Source: Gaiellaceae bacterium | GTDB taxonomy: Bacteria; Actinomycetota; Thermoleophilia; Gaiellales; Gaiellaceae | DNA length: 64,000 nt | Direction: 5' to 3' | NCBI GenBank assembly: GCA_035546215.1 | Contig: DASZWR010000078.1 | Location: forward strand, 5,053-69,052 | Shown here: positions 1 to 8,140 of the stretch, piece by piece | How positions within the stretch are numbered: the first letter of the stretch is position 1 | How the letters are laid out: each line of letters begins with the position of its first letter | Notes under the pieces: model-generated | What the model was told of the DNA's origin: nothing | Databases searched by the model: none | The model's input: the letters and a program-made list of their open reading frames with translations, nothing else | Translations under genes and position numbers: made by a program

Positions 1-2018
1 TGCTTCACACCGCCGTCCTCCGCTCGCCGCACCCGCGCGCCCGCGTTGCGCGGCTCGACCTCTCCCCCGCGCTCGCCATGCCGGGCGTGCACACGGCGAT
101 CGGGCCCGACGACCTCGACGTGCTGACGATGGAGCCGAGCTTCCAGGGCGAGGCGGTCGCCGCCGTCTGCGCCGACACGCTCGCGCAGGCGCGCGCCGCC
201 GTCCGCGCGATCGCCTGCGACTTCGAGGTGCTCGAGCCGCTCCTCGACCCCGACGAGGCGGTACGCCGCGGCGAGGTCGTCGGCAACGGTGCGCCCCGCG
301 TCACCGAGCGGGGCGACTTCGAGCGCGGCCTCGCCGAGGCCGACGTCGTCGTGGAGGCCGAGTTCCGCACGCAGGTCGTCCTGCACAACTCGATGGAGAC
401 CCACCAGTCGGTCGTCGAGTGGGTGAACGACGGCGTCGAGGTGCACATCTCGACGCAGTACATCTGGGGCATCCGCCAGGCCGTCGCGGAGAAGCTCGGC
501 CTGCCGGAGGACGACGTGCGCGTGATCTGCCACTTCATGGGCGGCGGCTTCGGCTCGAAGAACAACCCGGACGACTACACCTTCATCGCCGCGGAGCTCG
601 CGAAGCGCACGCGGCGCCCGGTGAAGTGCGCGCTGACCCGCCGCGAGGAGAACACCGCGGCCGGCAACCGGAACGCGACGATCCAGCGGCTGACCGCCGG
701 CGCGAAGGCGGACGGCACGCTCACCGCGCTCGGCGGCGAGTTCGTGAACGCGGTCGGCTGGAAAGGCTGGTCGTCGTCGACCGAGGGCCCGATGCAGATG
801 CTCTACGCGTGCGAGAACGTGCGCACGACGGCGCACGGCGCGAAGCTGAACCTGCCGCCGTCGAAGGCGTTCCGCGCGCCGGGGTTCGTCGAGGGGACGT
901 TCGGGCTCGAGGCGCTCCTCGACGAGCTCGCGGCGAAGCTCGACCTCGACCCGCTCGAGCTGCGCCGCCGCAACCACGCCGAGGACGCGCCCGCGGGCGG
1001 GGAGTACAGCGACAAGAACCTCCTCGCCTGCTACGAGCGCGCCCAGCCGCACTGGGACCGCCGGCACGAGGTGCGCAGCCGCTCGACCGACACGGTGAAG
1101 CGCGGTGTCGGCATGGCGTCGCAGATCTGGTACGGCGGCGGCGGCCCGCCGAGCTACGCCTGGGTGCGCGTCGGCTCCGACGGGCGCGCGCAGGTGGTGA
1201 CGGCGATGCAGGACATCGGCACCGGCACGAAGACCGCGATGGCGCAGATCGCCGCCGAGGAGCTCGGCGTGCCGCTCGACCACGTTTCCGTCTCGGCGGG
1301 CGACTCGGCCCGCGGCCCCTACGCCGCGATCAGCGCCGGCTCGTCGACGACGCCGTCGATGGGGCCGGCCGTGCGCGCGGCCGCCGCCGACGCGCGCGGG
1401 CAGATCGAGGAGATCGCCGAGCAGCGCGGGCTCCCCGCCGGCACGCCGGTCGCGGAGATCGTCGACGTGCTCGGCGAGGCGCAGATCCTCGGCAAGGGCG
1501 CACGCGGCCCCAACCCCACCGGCATGCAGGTGCTGACGTTCGGCGTGCAGGTGGCCGAGGTGGCCGTCGACGTCGAGACCGGCGAGGTGTCGGTGGAGCG
1601 CATCGCGGCGATCCACGACGTCGGCCGGGTGATCAACCCGCTCGGCGCGTCGAGCCAGATCGAGGGCGGGATCATCCAGGGCATCGGCCACACCCTCTCG
1701 GAGGAGCGCCTGCACGATCCGCGCACCGGCCGCCTGCTGACGACGACGCTCGACGCGTACAAGCTGCCGACGATCGCCGACGTCCCCGAGATCGTCAGCG
1801 AGCTGATCGACGAGCCCGACCCGCACCTCACGAACCTCGGGTCGAAGGGGCTCGGCGAGCCGCCGATCATCCCGGTCGCGGCCGCGATCGCGAACGCGAT
1901 CCGCGACGCGACGGGCGCCGACATCCGCTCGCTCCCGATCACCCGCGAAGAGATGCTCCGCGCGCTGCGCGAGGCGGAGCAGAGGCAGAGGCATGGAGCT
2001 CCGGCGGGCGTCGTCTAG
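1..2018 (+). CDS. Xanthine dehydrogenase/aldehyde oxidase family molybdopterin-binding large subunit (CoxL/XdhA-like), 5' partial
   Basis: Frame is open from the window edge (LHTAVLRSPHPRARVARLDLSPALAMPGVH...), the typical a/b-hammerhead N-terminal region. Long MoCo-binding domain up to ...GLGEPPIIPVAAAIANAI. Strong GC3 bias. Confidence 0.9.
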   Translation, partial: LHTAVLRSPHPRARVARLDLSPALAMPGVHTAIGPDDLDVLTMEPSFQGEAVAAVCADTLAQARAAVRAIACDFEVLEPLLDPDEAVRRGEVVGNGAPRVTERGDFERGLAEADVVVEAEFRTQVVLHNSMETHQSVVEWVNDGVEVHISTQYIWGIRQAVAEKLGLPEDDVRVICHFMGGGFGSKNNPDDYTFIAAELAKRTRRPVKCALTRREENTAAGNRNATIQRLTAGAKADGTLTALGGEFVNAVGWKGWSSSTEGPMQMLYACENVRTTAHGAKLNLPPSKAFRAPGFVEGTFGLEALLDELAAKLDLDPLELRRRNHAEDAPAGGEYSDKNLLACYERAQPHWDRRHEVRSRSTDTVKRGVGMASQIWYGGGGPPSYAWVRVGSDGRAQVVTAMQDIGTGTKTAMAQIAAEELGVPLDHVSVSAGDSARGPYAAISAGSSTTPSMGPAVRAAAADARGQIEEIAEQRGLPAGTPVAEIVDVLGEAQILGKGARGPNPTGMQVLTFGVQVAEVAVDVETGEVSVERIAAIHDVGRVINPLGASSQIEGGIIQGIGHTLSEERLHDPRTGRLLTTTLDAYKLPTIADVPEIVSELIDEPDPHLTNLGSKGLGEPPIIPVAAAIANAIRDATGADIRSLPITREEMLRALREAEQRQRHGAPAGVV

Positions 2019-2808
2019 CGACGGCCTCGCGGGCACGCTCGTCCACGGCGGCACCGAGGTGGTGCCGCTCGTGCGCAGCGGCCTGCTGCGAGCCGAGACG
2101 CTCGTCGACATCCGCGGCGTCGTCCCGCGCGGGATCGACGGGAACCGCATCGGCGCCGGGGCGCCGCTCGCCGAGCTCGAGTGCGACCCGACCGTCCCCG
2201 AGGTGCTGCGGGAGGCGTGCCGCCTCGCCGCGAGCCCGCAGCTGCGCAACATGGGCTCGCTCGGCGGCAACCTGCTGCAGGCGACCCGCTGCTGGTACTG
2301 GCGCCTCAACTGGCCGTGCCGCCTGCACGGCGGCGACGAGTGCTTCGCGCAGGACGGCGAGCACCGCGAGCACGCGATCTTCGCGAACGACTACTGCGCG
2401 TCCGCGCACCCGTCGGACGTGGCCGCGGCGCTGCTCGCCCTCGACGCGACGCTCGTCACCGCGAGCCGCCGGCTGCCGGTCGCAGAGCTCTACCGGCTCC
2501 CGACCGAGGACGACCGCCGCACGACGACGCTCGAGCCGGGCGAGGTGATCCTCGAGGTCGAGCTCGGCGACTGCGACGCGAGCGTCTACCTGAAGGCGAT
2601 GGACCGGAAGCGCTGGGCGTTTCCGCTCGTCGGCGTGGCCGCCGTGCGGACGGGCGGGCGGGTCCGCGTCGCGCTGGCCGGCGTGGCGCCGGTTCCCTGG
2701 CTTCTCGAGGACGGCCTCGAATCCGCGACGCCCCTGCCGAAGAACGCGTACAAGGTGGATGTCGCGAAGGCGCTCGTCTCGAGGGCTCGCTCGGCGATAA
2801 GATCCTGA
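1993..2808 (+). CDS. FAD-binding subunit of the molybdenum hydroxylase (CoxM/XdhB-like)
   Basis: GGTEVVPLVRSG...LVDIRGV and NMGSLGGNLL motifs are typical of FAD_binding_5/CO_deh_flav_C proteins. Overlaps the large subunit by 26 nt. Confidence 0.85.
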   Translation: MELRRASSSDGLAGTLVHGGTEVVPLVRSGLLRAETLVDIRGVVPRGIDGNRIGAGAPLAELECDPTVPEVLREACRLAASPQLRNMGSLGGNLLQATRCWYWRLNWPCRLHGGDECFAQDGEHREHAIFANDYCASAHPSDVAAALLALDATLVTASRRLPVAELYRLPTEDDRRTTTLEPGEVILEVELGDCDASVYLKAMDRKRWAFPLVGVAAVRTGGRVRVALAGVAPVPWLLEDGLESATPLPKNAYKVDVAKALVSRARSAIRS

Positions 2809-2837
2809 CCCTCGTGGGGCGGGAGATTCATCGCCGG

Positions 2838-3365
2838 ATGGCTGTGCTTGCCGTGCTCGGCGCGGCGGCGGCCGCGTGGGCTGCGACGGTCCGGCCGCCG
2901 GCCGTGGCCGCGGTCGCGAACGCCGCCGCGACCCCGGCGGCGCCGCGCCGCACGTCGGCGCGCTTCGCGCGCTGCCCCTTCCCGCAGACTCTCCGCTCGC
3001 TGTTCGAGCGCGCCGCCGCCGACGCCGACCTGCCGCCCGCGATGCTGTACGCGGTCGCGAAGGTCGAGTCGAACCTGCGGCAGGACGTCCGCTCGACCGC
3101 CGGCGCGCGCGGCCTCCTCCAGGTGATGCCCGCGACCGCGAAGTCGCTCGACCTCGACCCCGACGAGCCCGCGTCGAACGTGCTCGCCGGGGCGCGGTAC
3201 CTGCGCCAGCTGATCGACCGGTTCGACTCGCTCGACCTCGCGCTCGCCGCGTACAACGCCGGGCCGACGGCGGTCGAGGAGGCGGGCGGCGCACCTTCGG
3301 CCGACGTCCTGCGGTACGTCGCGAACGTGAACCGGCAGTGGCTCTCCGTCGCGGGCTGCCGCTAG
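2838..3365 (+). CDS. Secreted lytic transglycosylase (SLT domain)
   Basis: ATG at 2838 gives signal-like MAVLAVLGAAAAAWA, then the SLT core AVAKVESNLRQDVRSTAGARGLLQVMPATA...AAYNAGP. Confidence 0.8.
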   Translation: MAVLAVLGAAAAAWAATVRPPAVAAVANAAATPAAPRRTSARFARCPFPQTLRSLFERAAADADLPPAMLYAVAKVESNLRQDVRSTAGARGLLQVMPATAKSLDLDPDEPASNVLAGARYLRQLIDRFDSLDLALAAYNAGPTAVEEAGGAPSADVLRYVANVNRQWLSVAGCR

Positions 3366-3991
3366 CGGTCCTCGTCGTCGCGCTCGCCGGCTGCGGCGGG
3401 GGCGGCTCGAAGCAGCCCGCGGCGGTGAAGCGCGACGCGGCCGGGTGCGTGCTGGTCGGTCAGCCGAAGCCCGAACGGCGGACGGCTCCGAAGCCGACGG
3501 CCGCGCTCGACCCCGCGAAGGCCTACGACGTGGTGCTGCGGACGAACTGCGGCAGCTTCACGGTCCGCCTGGCGGTCAAGACGTCTCCGGCGGCGACCGC
3601 GTCCTTCGTCAGCCTGGTGCGGCGGGGGTTCTTCGACCACACGATCTTCGACCGCATCGTGCCCGGGTTCGTCATCCAGGGCGGCGACCCGACCGCCTCC
3701 CAGACCGGCGGCCCCGGCTACGAGACGGTCGACCGGCCGCCCGCGTCGACCAGGTACACCCTGGGGGTCGTGGCGATGGCGAAGACGCAGACCGAGCCGG
3801 CCGGCACGGCCGGCAGCCAGTTCTTCGTCGTCACGGCGAAGGACGCGCAGCTGCCGCCCGACTACGCCGTCCTCGGGCGGGTGACGAAGGGTCTCGGCGT
3901 CGTGAAGCGGGTCGGGCAGCTCGGCGACCCGACCTCCGAGCAGCCGACCGAGGTCGTCGAGATCGAGAAGGCGACCGTCCACGTCGGTTAG
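3338..3991 (+). CDS. Cyclophilin-type peptidyl-prolyl cis-trans isomerase, lipoprotein
   Basis: GTG at 3338 gives MALRRGLPLAVLVVALAGCGG (lipobox). Core FHRIVPGFVIQGGDP-like (FDRIVPGFVIQGGDP) and GSQFFVV motifs. Confidence 0.85.
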   Translation: MALRRGLPLAVLVVALAGCGGGGSKQPAAVKRDAAGCVLVGQPKPERRTAPKPTAALDPAKAYDVVLRTNCGSFTVRLAVKTSPAATASFVSLVRRGFFDHTIFDRIVPGFVIQGGDPTASQTGGPGYETVDRPPASTRYTLGVVAMAKTQTEPAGTAGSQFFVVTAKDAQLPPDYAVLGRVTKGLGVVKRVGQLGDPTSEQPTEVVEIEKATVHVG

Positions 3992-4460
3992 CGCCGTCGT
4001 CCTCGCCGCCGGAGCGTCGTCGCGGTACGGCGGCGTCAAGCAGCGCGAGTTCCTGCCGGCGATCCTGGCGACCCTCGCGTGCACCGCGGTCGACGAGGTG
4101 GTGGTCGTCGAGGGCGCCCACGCGCTCGAGGCACCGGGCGCGCGGATCGTCCACTGCCCCGGCTGGGAGCGCGGGCCGGGCGTCTCGCTCCGGTGCGGGC
4201 TCGAGGCGCTCGGGGCCGACGTGACGCGGGCGGTGGTCGTGCTCGCGGACGGGCCGGAGCTCGACCCGCGGGCCGTCGACCGCGTCGCCGGGCACCCGGC
4301 GGCGGTCGCCGCCGCCTCGTACGACGGCTCGCGGAGCCACCCCGTCGGCCTCGACCGCAGCGTCTGGGGGTCGATCCCCGACGAGGGCGGCCGCGCGCTC
4401 GACCCCGTGCTCGTCGACTGCTCCGACCTGCGGCCGCCCGGCGACCGCGACCGTCCTTGA
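3990..4460 (+). CDS. MobA/MocA-like nucleotidyltransferase (molybdenum cofactor cytidylyltransferase-like); start codon unresolved
   Basis: In-frame AVVLAAGASSRYGGVKQREFLP... (LAAGxSxRxG motif) begins right after the cyclophilin TAG. There is no ATG/GTG/TTG between the in-frame TGA at 3903 and GTG at 4098. Fits the upstream MCD-dependent hydroxylase. Confidence 0.6.
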   Translation, partial: SAVVLAAGASSRYGGVKQREFLPAILATLACTAVDEVVVVEGAHALEAPGARIVHCPGWERGPGVSLRCGLEALGADVTRAVVVLADGPELDPRAVDRVAGHPAAVAAASYDGSRSHPVGLDRSVWGSIPDEGGRALDPVLVDCSDLRPPGDRDRP

Positions 4461-4481
4461 CACCCTCGGGGCCGGGCGGGC

Positions 4482-6134
4482 TCAGCGCGGCCGGAGGGTG
4501 ATCCGCAGCCGGACGCGGCTCCGGCACTCCTGGGTGATCGCCACCTCGCCGGTCGTCGACGCGCCCGCGAAGACGACCTCCGAGTCGGCCGGGTCGACCT
4601 CCGAGCGCACGACCGTGTAGCCCGCGGGCGGAAGCGCCGCGCGGAACGCCCGGTTCGCCTCGGTGATGTCGCCCGGCCGGAAGCCGGCGACGATCGTCGT
4701 CGGCCCCGCCTTGCGCGACTCCGTGAACGTCGAGCCGGCCGCCGGGAACCCGACCGCCGCGCGCGCAGTGGGCTCCGGCCCGCACGGCCGCACGAACCCT
4801 GCGGGCAGCGCCTCCGCCTCGCGCTTGTCGAAGGCGTCGGCGATCCGCCGGTGGTCGATCGCGACGCCGGCCGCCGCCGCCGCGACGACGACGAGCGCGA
4901 TCCCGACGAGCGCCGCCTTGATCGAGCCGGCCCGCGCCTCCCAGCCCGCCTCGAAGGCGACGAGCAGGAGCAGCGCCGCAAGGCCCGCGGCCGCGCCGAC
5001 GACGAAGGGCGCTCGCGGGCTCACATACGTCCAGAGCACGCCCGCGACGACGCTCGCGACGAGAGCCGCCGCGGCGGTCGCCGTGAAGAAGATCCCGAAC
5101 GCCGTCCCGACCGCCGACCGGTCCGGGAGCGTGTCCGCCACCCACGCCCGCGCGACGCCCTCCGTCGCCGCGATGTACACGCCGTACACCGCGAAGAGCG
5201 GCCACACCGTCCAGCTCCGCGAGGCGAGTGCGAAGCCGAGGTAGACGAGCGTGAACACGCCGAGCCCCGCACCCAGCACGAGGGCGCGCGGCACCCGGTC
5301 GGAGATCGTCCCGAACGGCCACGCAAGGGACGCGTAGATCACGTTGTAGACCGCGTACGCGAGCACGACGACGACGGCGCCGAGGCCGAGGTCGCGCGCC
5401 CGGAGCACGAGGAACGCGTCGCTCGAGTTGCCGAGCGAGAACACGAACCAGACCGCGAGCGCGGCCCAGAACGCGCGCGGCAGCGGCACGCGCGCGGGCT
5501 GTGCCGCAGACGGCGCCGGGTCGGCGTGGCCGGGCGCCTCGCGGACGCCGCGGAGGAGGACGAGCACGCCGGCGCCGAGGACGCAGGCCACCCAGAGGAT
5601 GCCGCGCAGCGAGAGGCCGCTCTCCAGGAGGACGACGGCGAGCAGCGGGCCGACGATCGCTCCGGCCGTGTCGAGCGCCCGGTGGTAGCCGAAGCTCGAG
5701 CCGCGCAGCTCGGGCGGCGTGGAGTCGCGGATCAGCGCGTCGCGCGGCGTGCCCCGCGCGCCCTTGCCGAGCCGGTCGACGACCCGTGCGCCGAGCACCC
5801 AGCCCCACGCGGGTGCGGCGGCGAGCCCGGCGCGGGCCACCGTCGAGGCGCCGTAGCCGCCCAGGATCCAGGGCTTGCGACGGTTCCCCGTGCGGTCGGA
5901 AACCCAGCCCGAGAGCAGGCGGACGCCGGTCGCGAGGCCCTCGGCCACCCCCTCGATCGCGCCGACGGCGGCCACCGGCGCGCCCAGCGTGATCGTCAGG
6001 AAGAGCGGCACGATCGGGTACGCGAGCTCGCTCGCCGCATCGTTCGCAAACGAGATCCACCCCAGCCTGCGGACGTTCTCCGGGAGCCTCCGGCGAGCCT
6101 GTTCGACCCGCCGGAGAGCCCCTGGCACCTTCAT
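4482..6134 (-). CDS. MFS transporter with extra C-terminal TM helix and about 125-aa non-membrane domain
   Basis: MKVPGALRR... start at 6134. 12-TM MFS pattern (GWVSDRTGNRRKP loop motif). C-terminal IKAALVGIALVVVAAAAAGVAI helix is followed by a soluble-looking tail. Confidence 0.85.
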   Translation of the reverse strand: MKVPGALRRVEQARRRLPENVRRLGWISFANDAASELAYPIVPLFLTITLGAPVAAVGAIEGVAEGLATGVRLLSGWVSDRTGNRRKPWILGGYGASTVARAGLAAAPAWGWVLGARVVDRLGKGARGTPRDALIRDSTPPELRGSSFGYHRALDTAGAIVGPLLAVVLLESGLSLRGILWVACVLGAGVLVLLRGVREAPGHADPAPSAAQPARVPLPRAFWAALAVWFVFSLGNSSDAFLVLRARDLGLGAVVVVLAYAVYNVIYASLAWPFGTISDRVPRALVLGAGLGVFTLVYLGFALASRSWTVWPLFAVYGVYIAATEGVARAWVADTLPDRSAVGTAFGIFFTATAAAALVASVVAGVLWTYVSPRAPFVVGAAAGLAALLLLVAFEAGWEARAGSIKAALVGIALVVVAAAAAGVAIDHRRIADAFDKREAEALPAGFVRPCGPEPTARAAVGFPAAGSTFTESRKAGPTTIVAGFRPGDITEANRAFRAALPPAGYTVVRSEVDPADSEVVFAGASTTGEVAITQECRSRVRLRITLRPR

Positions 6135-6196
6135 AGAGTTTCCCCTATCCTGTGCGCGCACGGCTCGCATTGTGCAGTTCGAGTCAAGGGGGAAAG

Positions 6197-6445
6197 GTGC
6201 TCAGGGAAGGCAGTCGGCGGTTCAAGATCGAGACGGCGCTCGCTGCGGCGAGCGGCCTGCTCGGAGTCGTGACCCTGTTCTGGCACGACTGGCTCGAGGT
6301 CACGGGCTGGGACCCGGATCACCACAGCGGCTCGGCGGAATGGGTCGTCGCCGTGGTGCTCCTGCTCGTCGCGCTGACGCTCGGCGCCCTCGCGCGCCGC
6401 GAGTACCGGCGCGGCTCGCTCCGGGTCGGGCACAGCCCGGCCTGA
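6197..6445 (+). CDS. Small two-TM membrane protein, unknown function
   Basis: GTG at 6197 is preceded by GGGGGAAAGG. High GC3. Two hydrophobic segments (ALAAASGLLGVVTLFW, WVVAVVLLLVALTLGAL). Confidence 0.55.
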   Translation: MLREGSRRFKIETALAAASGLLGVVTLFWHDWLEVTGWDPDHHSGSAEWVVAVVLLLVALTLGALARREYRRGSLRVGHSPA

Positions 6446-6460
6446 GGTCGGCTTCCGAGA

Positions 6461-6493
6461 CGGGTGCCCGGTACCGAGGTTGCCGGGTACCCG
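6461..6493. terminator. GC-rich hairpin between convergent genes (possible bidirectional terminator)
   Basis: CGGGTGCCCGG (6461-6471) pairs with CCGGGTACCCG (6483-6493): 11 bp including one G-U. No clear U-tract. Confidence 0.3.
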
Positions 6494-6501
6494 GCTCGGT
6501 C

Positions 6502-6735
6502 CTAGAGCGGAGTGCGGAGCGCCGCGAGCTTGGCCTTCAGCTCCGGCCGCATCGGCTCGGAGACGGCGACGCGCACGTAGTGGCGGAGGCGCTCCTCGAA
6601 GCGGTAGCGCTTCGCGCACCAGTGGCAGCGCTCGAGATGGCGTTGGGCCTCGGCCACCTCGTCGTCGGAGAGCGAGCCGTCGAGGAACGGCTGCATCATC
6701 TCCTCGCACTTCTCACACGGATCGTTGGTCGTCAT
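6502..6735 (-). CDS. Zinc-binding anti-sigma factor (ZAS; RsrA/RshA-like)
   Basis: 77 aa, MTTNDPCEKCEEM...HLERCHWC (H-x3-C-x2-C ZAS motif). ATGA overlap with the upstream sigma gene. Confidence 0.85.
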   Translation of the reverse strand: MTTNDPCEKCEEMMQPFLDGSLSDDEVAEAQRHLERCHWCAKRYRFEERLRHYVRVAVSEPMRPELKAKLAALRTPL

Positions 6736-7331
6736 GCGGCGATTGCCTTGTCGGCGAGGTTCTTCTTCAGGATACGCCTGCCGCGGTGCAAGCGGGACAT
6801 GACGGTCCCCATCGGGATGTCCAGGATCTGCGCCGCGTCGGCGTACGAGAACTCGCCGATGTCGACGAGGACGATCACGTCGCGGAAGTCGTGCGGCACG
6901 TCGGCGAGCGCGTCGACGATCGAATCCTGGGACAGGCGCTCGAGCACGCGCTCCTCGTCCGGGTTCTCGTCCGGCACCTGCGACTCGAGCTTGTTGTAGA
7001 GGAAGTAGTCGCCCGCCTCGCCTGCGTCGAGCGAGGTCGTCTGCGGCGTGCGCTGCACGCGGCGGCCACGGTCGATGTTCAGGTTCGTGAGGATGCGCAG
7101 CAGCCAGGCCCGCAGGTTCGTGCCGGGCGTGTACTGCCGCCACGACCGGAACGCGCGCTCGTACGTCTGCTGGACGAGGTCCTCCGCCTCCTCGCGGGAG
7201 CCGACGAGCCGGCGGGCCACGCGGTACACCTGGTCGCTCAACTCCAGCGCCTCCTCCTCGAAGCGGACGCGGTCCCTCGCCTCCTGGGCGAGCTTCCTGG
7301 TGTCGGCGGCCGTCGGAGCGCTGTCGCTCAT
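6732..7331 (-). CDS. ECF RNA polymerase sigma factor (SigH/SigR-like)
   Basis: Region 2 (EDLVQQTYERAFRSW, RAWLLRILTN) and region 4 (FSYADAAQILDIPMGTVMSRLHRGR). Paired with the ZAS anti-sigma. Confidence 0.9.
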   Translation of the reverse strand: MSDSAPTAADTRKLAQEARDRVRFEEEALELSDQVYRVARRLVGSREEAEDLVQQTYERAFRSWRQYTPGTNLRAWLLRILTNLNIDRGRRVQRTPQTTSLDAGEAGDYFLYNKLESQVPDENPDEERVLERLSQDSIVDALADVPHDFRDVIVLVDIGEFSYADAAQILDIPMGTVMSRLHRGRRILKKNLADKAIAA

Positions 7332-7357
7332 CTCACGGCCACCCTAGCAATGGTGTA

Positions 7358-7383
7358 AACGCATTCCGGGCGTACCGGATTCC
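7358..7383 (-). promoter_or_regulatory. SigH/SigR-type autoregulatory promoter GGAAT-N18-GTT
   Basis: Minus strand: GGAAT (7383-7379), 18-nt spacer, GTT (7360-7358), about 27 nt upstream of the sigma ATG. Matches the published SigR/SigH consensus. Confidence 0.55.
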
Positions 7384-7433
7384 CCGGGTCGGGACGTTGT
7401 ACGGAGAAGGGAAACGACCCCCAGGGAGGTGGC

Positions 7434-7913
7434 ATGGAAGGCCAGGATGTCGTCACGAGCGACGAGCACAAGGTCGGTCACGTCGTCGCCGAGCGCGACG
7501 GCTACGTGGTGGTGGAAAGCGGCCACGTGTTCAAGTCCCGTCACGCGATCCCAACCGACTTCCTGCACGAGCACGACGGCGTGCTGCGCGCGACCGTCGC
7601 GAAGGAGGTCGTCACCGACTCGCCCAGGGTCGAGGACGACGCCGTCGACGTGAACGCGCTCCGGATGCACTACGGGCTGATCGAGGTGCACCAGGTCGAC
7701 CCTGACCCGGACGAGCAGAGCGCCGAGGTCGAAGGGCTGCGCCACGGCGTCGAGCCCGCTCCCGCCGAGCGGCTCGACGTGATGGAAGACCGGTACACCA
7801 CGGGCGGCACCGTCGGCGGCAGCGGCGCCGACTCGTCCACCTTCGGCGGGCATCCGCGCACGACCGAGGCGCCGGACCCCCGGCGCGACTGGACGGACGA
7901 GCCCGGGCGCTAG
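7434..7913 (+). CDS. PRC-barrel/DUF2171-like protein
   Basis: SD GGGAGG before the ATG. N-terminal VVTSDEHKVGHVVAERDGYVVVESG...HAIPTDF resembles DUF2171. Acidic, disordered C-terminus. Confidence 0.6.
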   Translation: MEGQDVVTSDEHKVGHVVAERDGYVVVESGHVFKSRHAIPTDFLHEHDGVLRATVAKEVVTDSPRVEDDAVDVNALRMHYGLIEVHQVDPDPDEQSAEVEGLRHGVEPAPAERLDVMEDRYTTGGTVGGSGADSSTFGGHPRTTEAPDPRRDWTDEPGR

Positions 7914-7916
7914 CCG

Positions 7917-8135
7917 CTAGACGAAGGTCTGCTCGCGGAAGCCGCCGCGGGCCAGCTGGTCGACGAGCGCGCCCCTGGTGGTGCGCTCGTCGTCGTAGGA
8001 GAGCTGCACCTGGCCCATCAGGTTCGCGTTCGCGGACTCGAGCCCCTCGGCGCCCTCGAGCGTCTGCGCCAGGCGCATCACGCACTTCTCGCAGCGGATG
8101 CCGCTGACCTGGATCGTCTCGGTGACGACTGCCAT
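7917..8135 (-). CDS. Heavy-metal-associated (HMA) domain protein, CopZ-like
   Basis: 72 aa, MAVVTETIQVSGIRCEKCVMRL (CxxC in the HMA position). Only the last 72 aa of the 478-aa track ORF look coding. Confidence 0.75.
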   Translation of the reverse strand: MAVVTETIQVSGIRCEKCVMRLAQTLEGAEGLESANANLMGQVQLSYDDERTTRGALVDQLARGGFREQTFV

Positions 8136-8140
8136 CGAAC

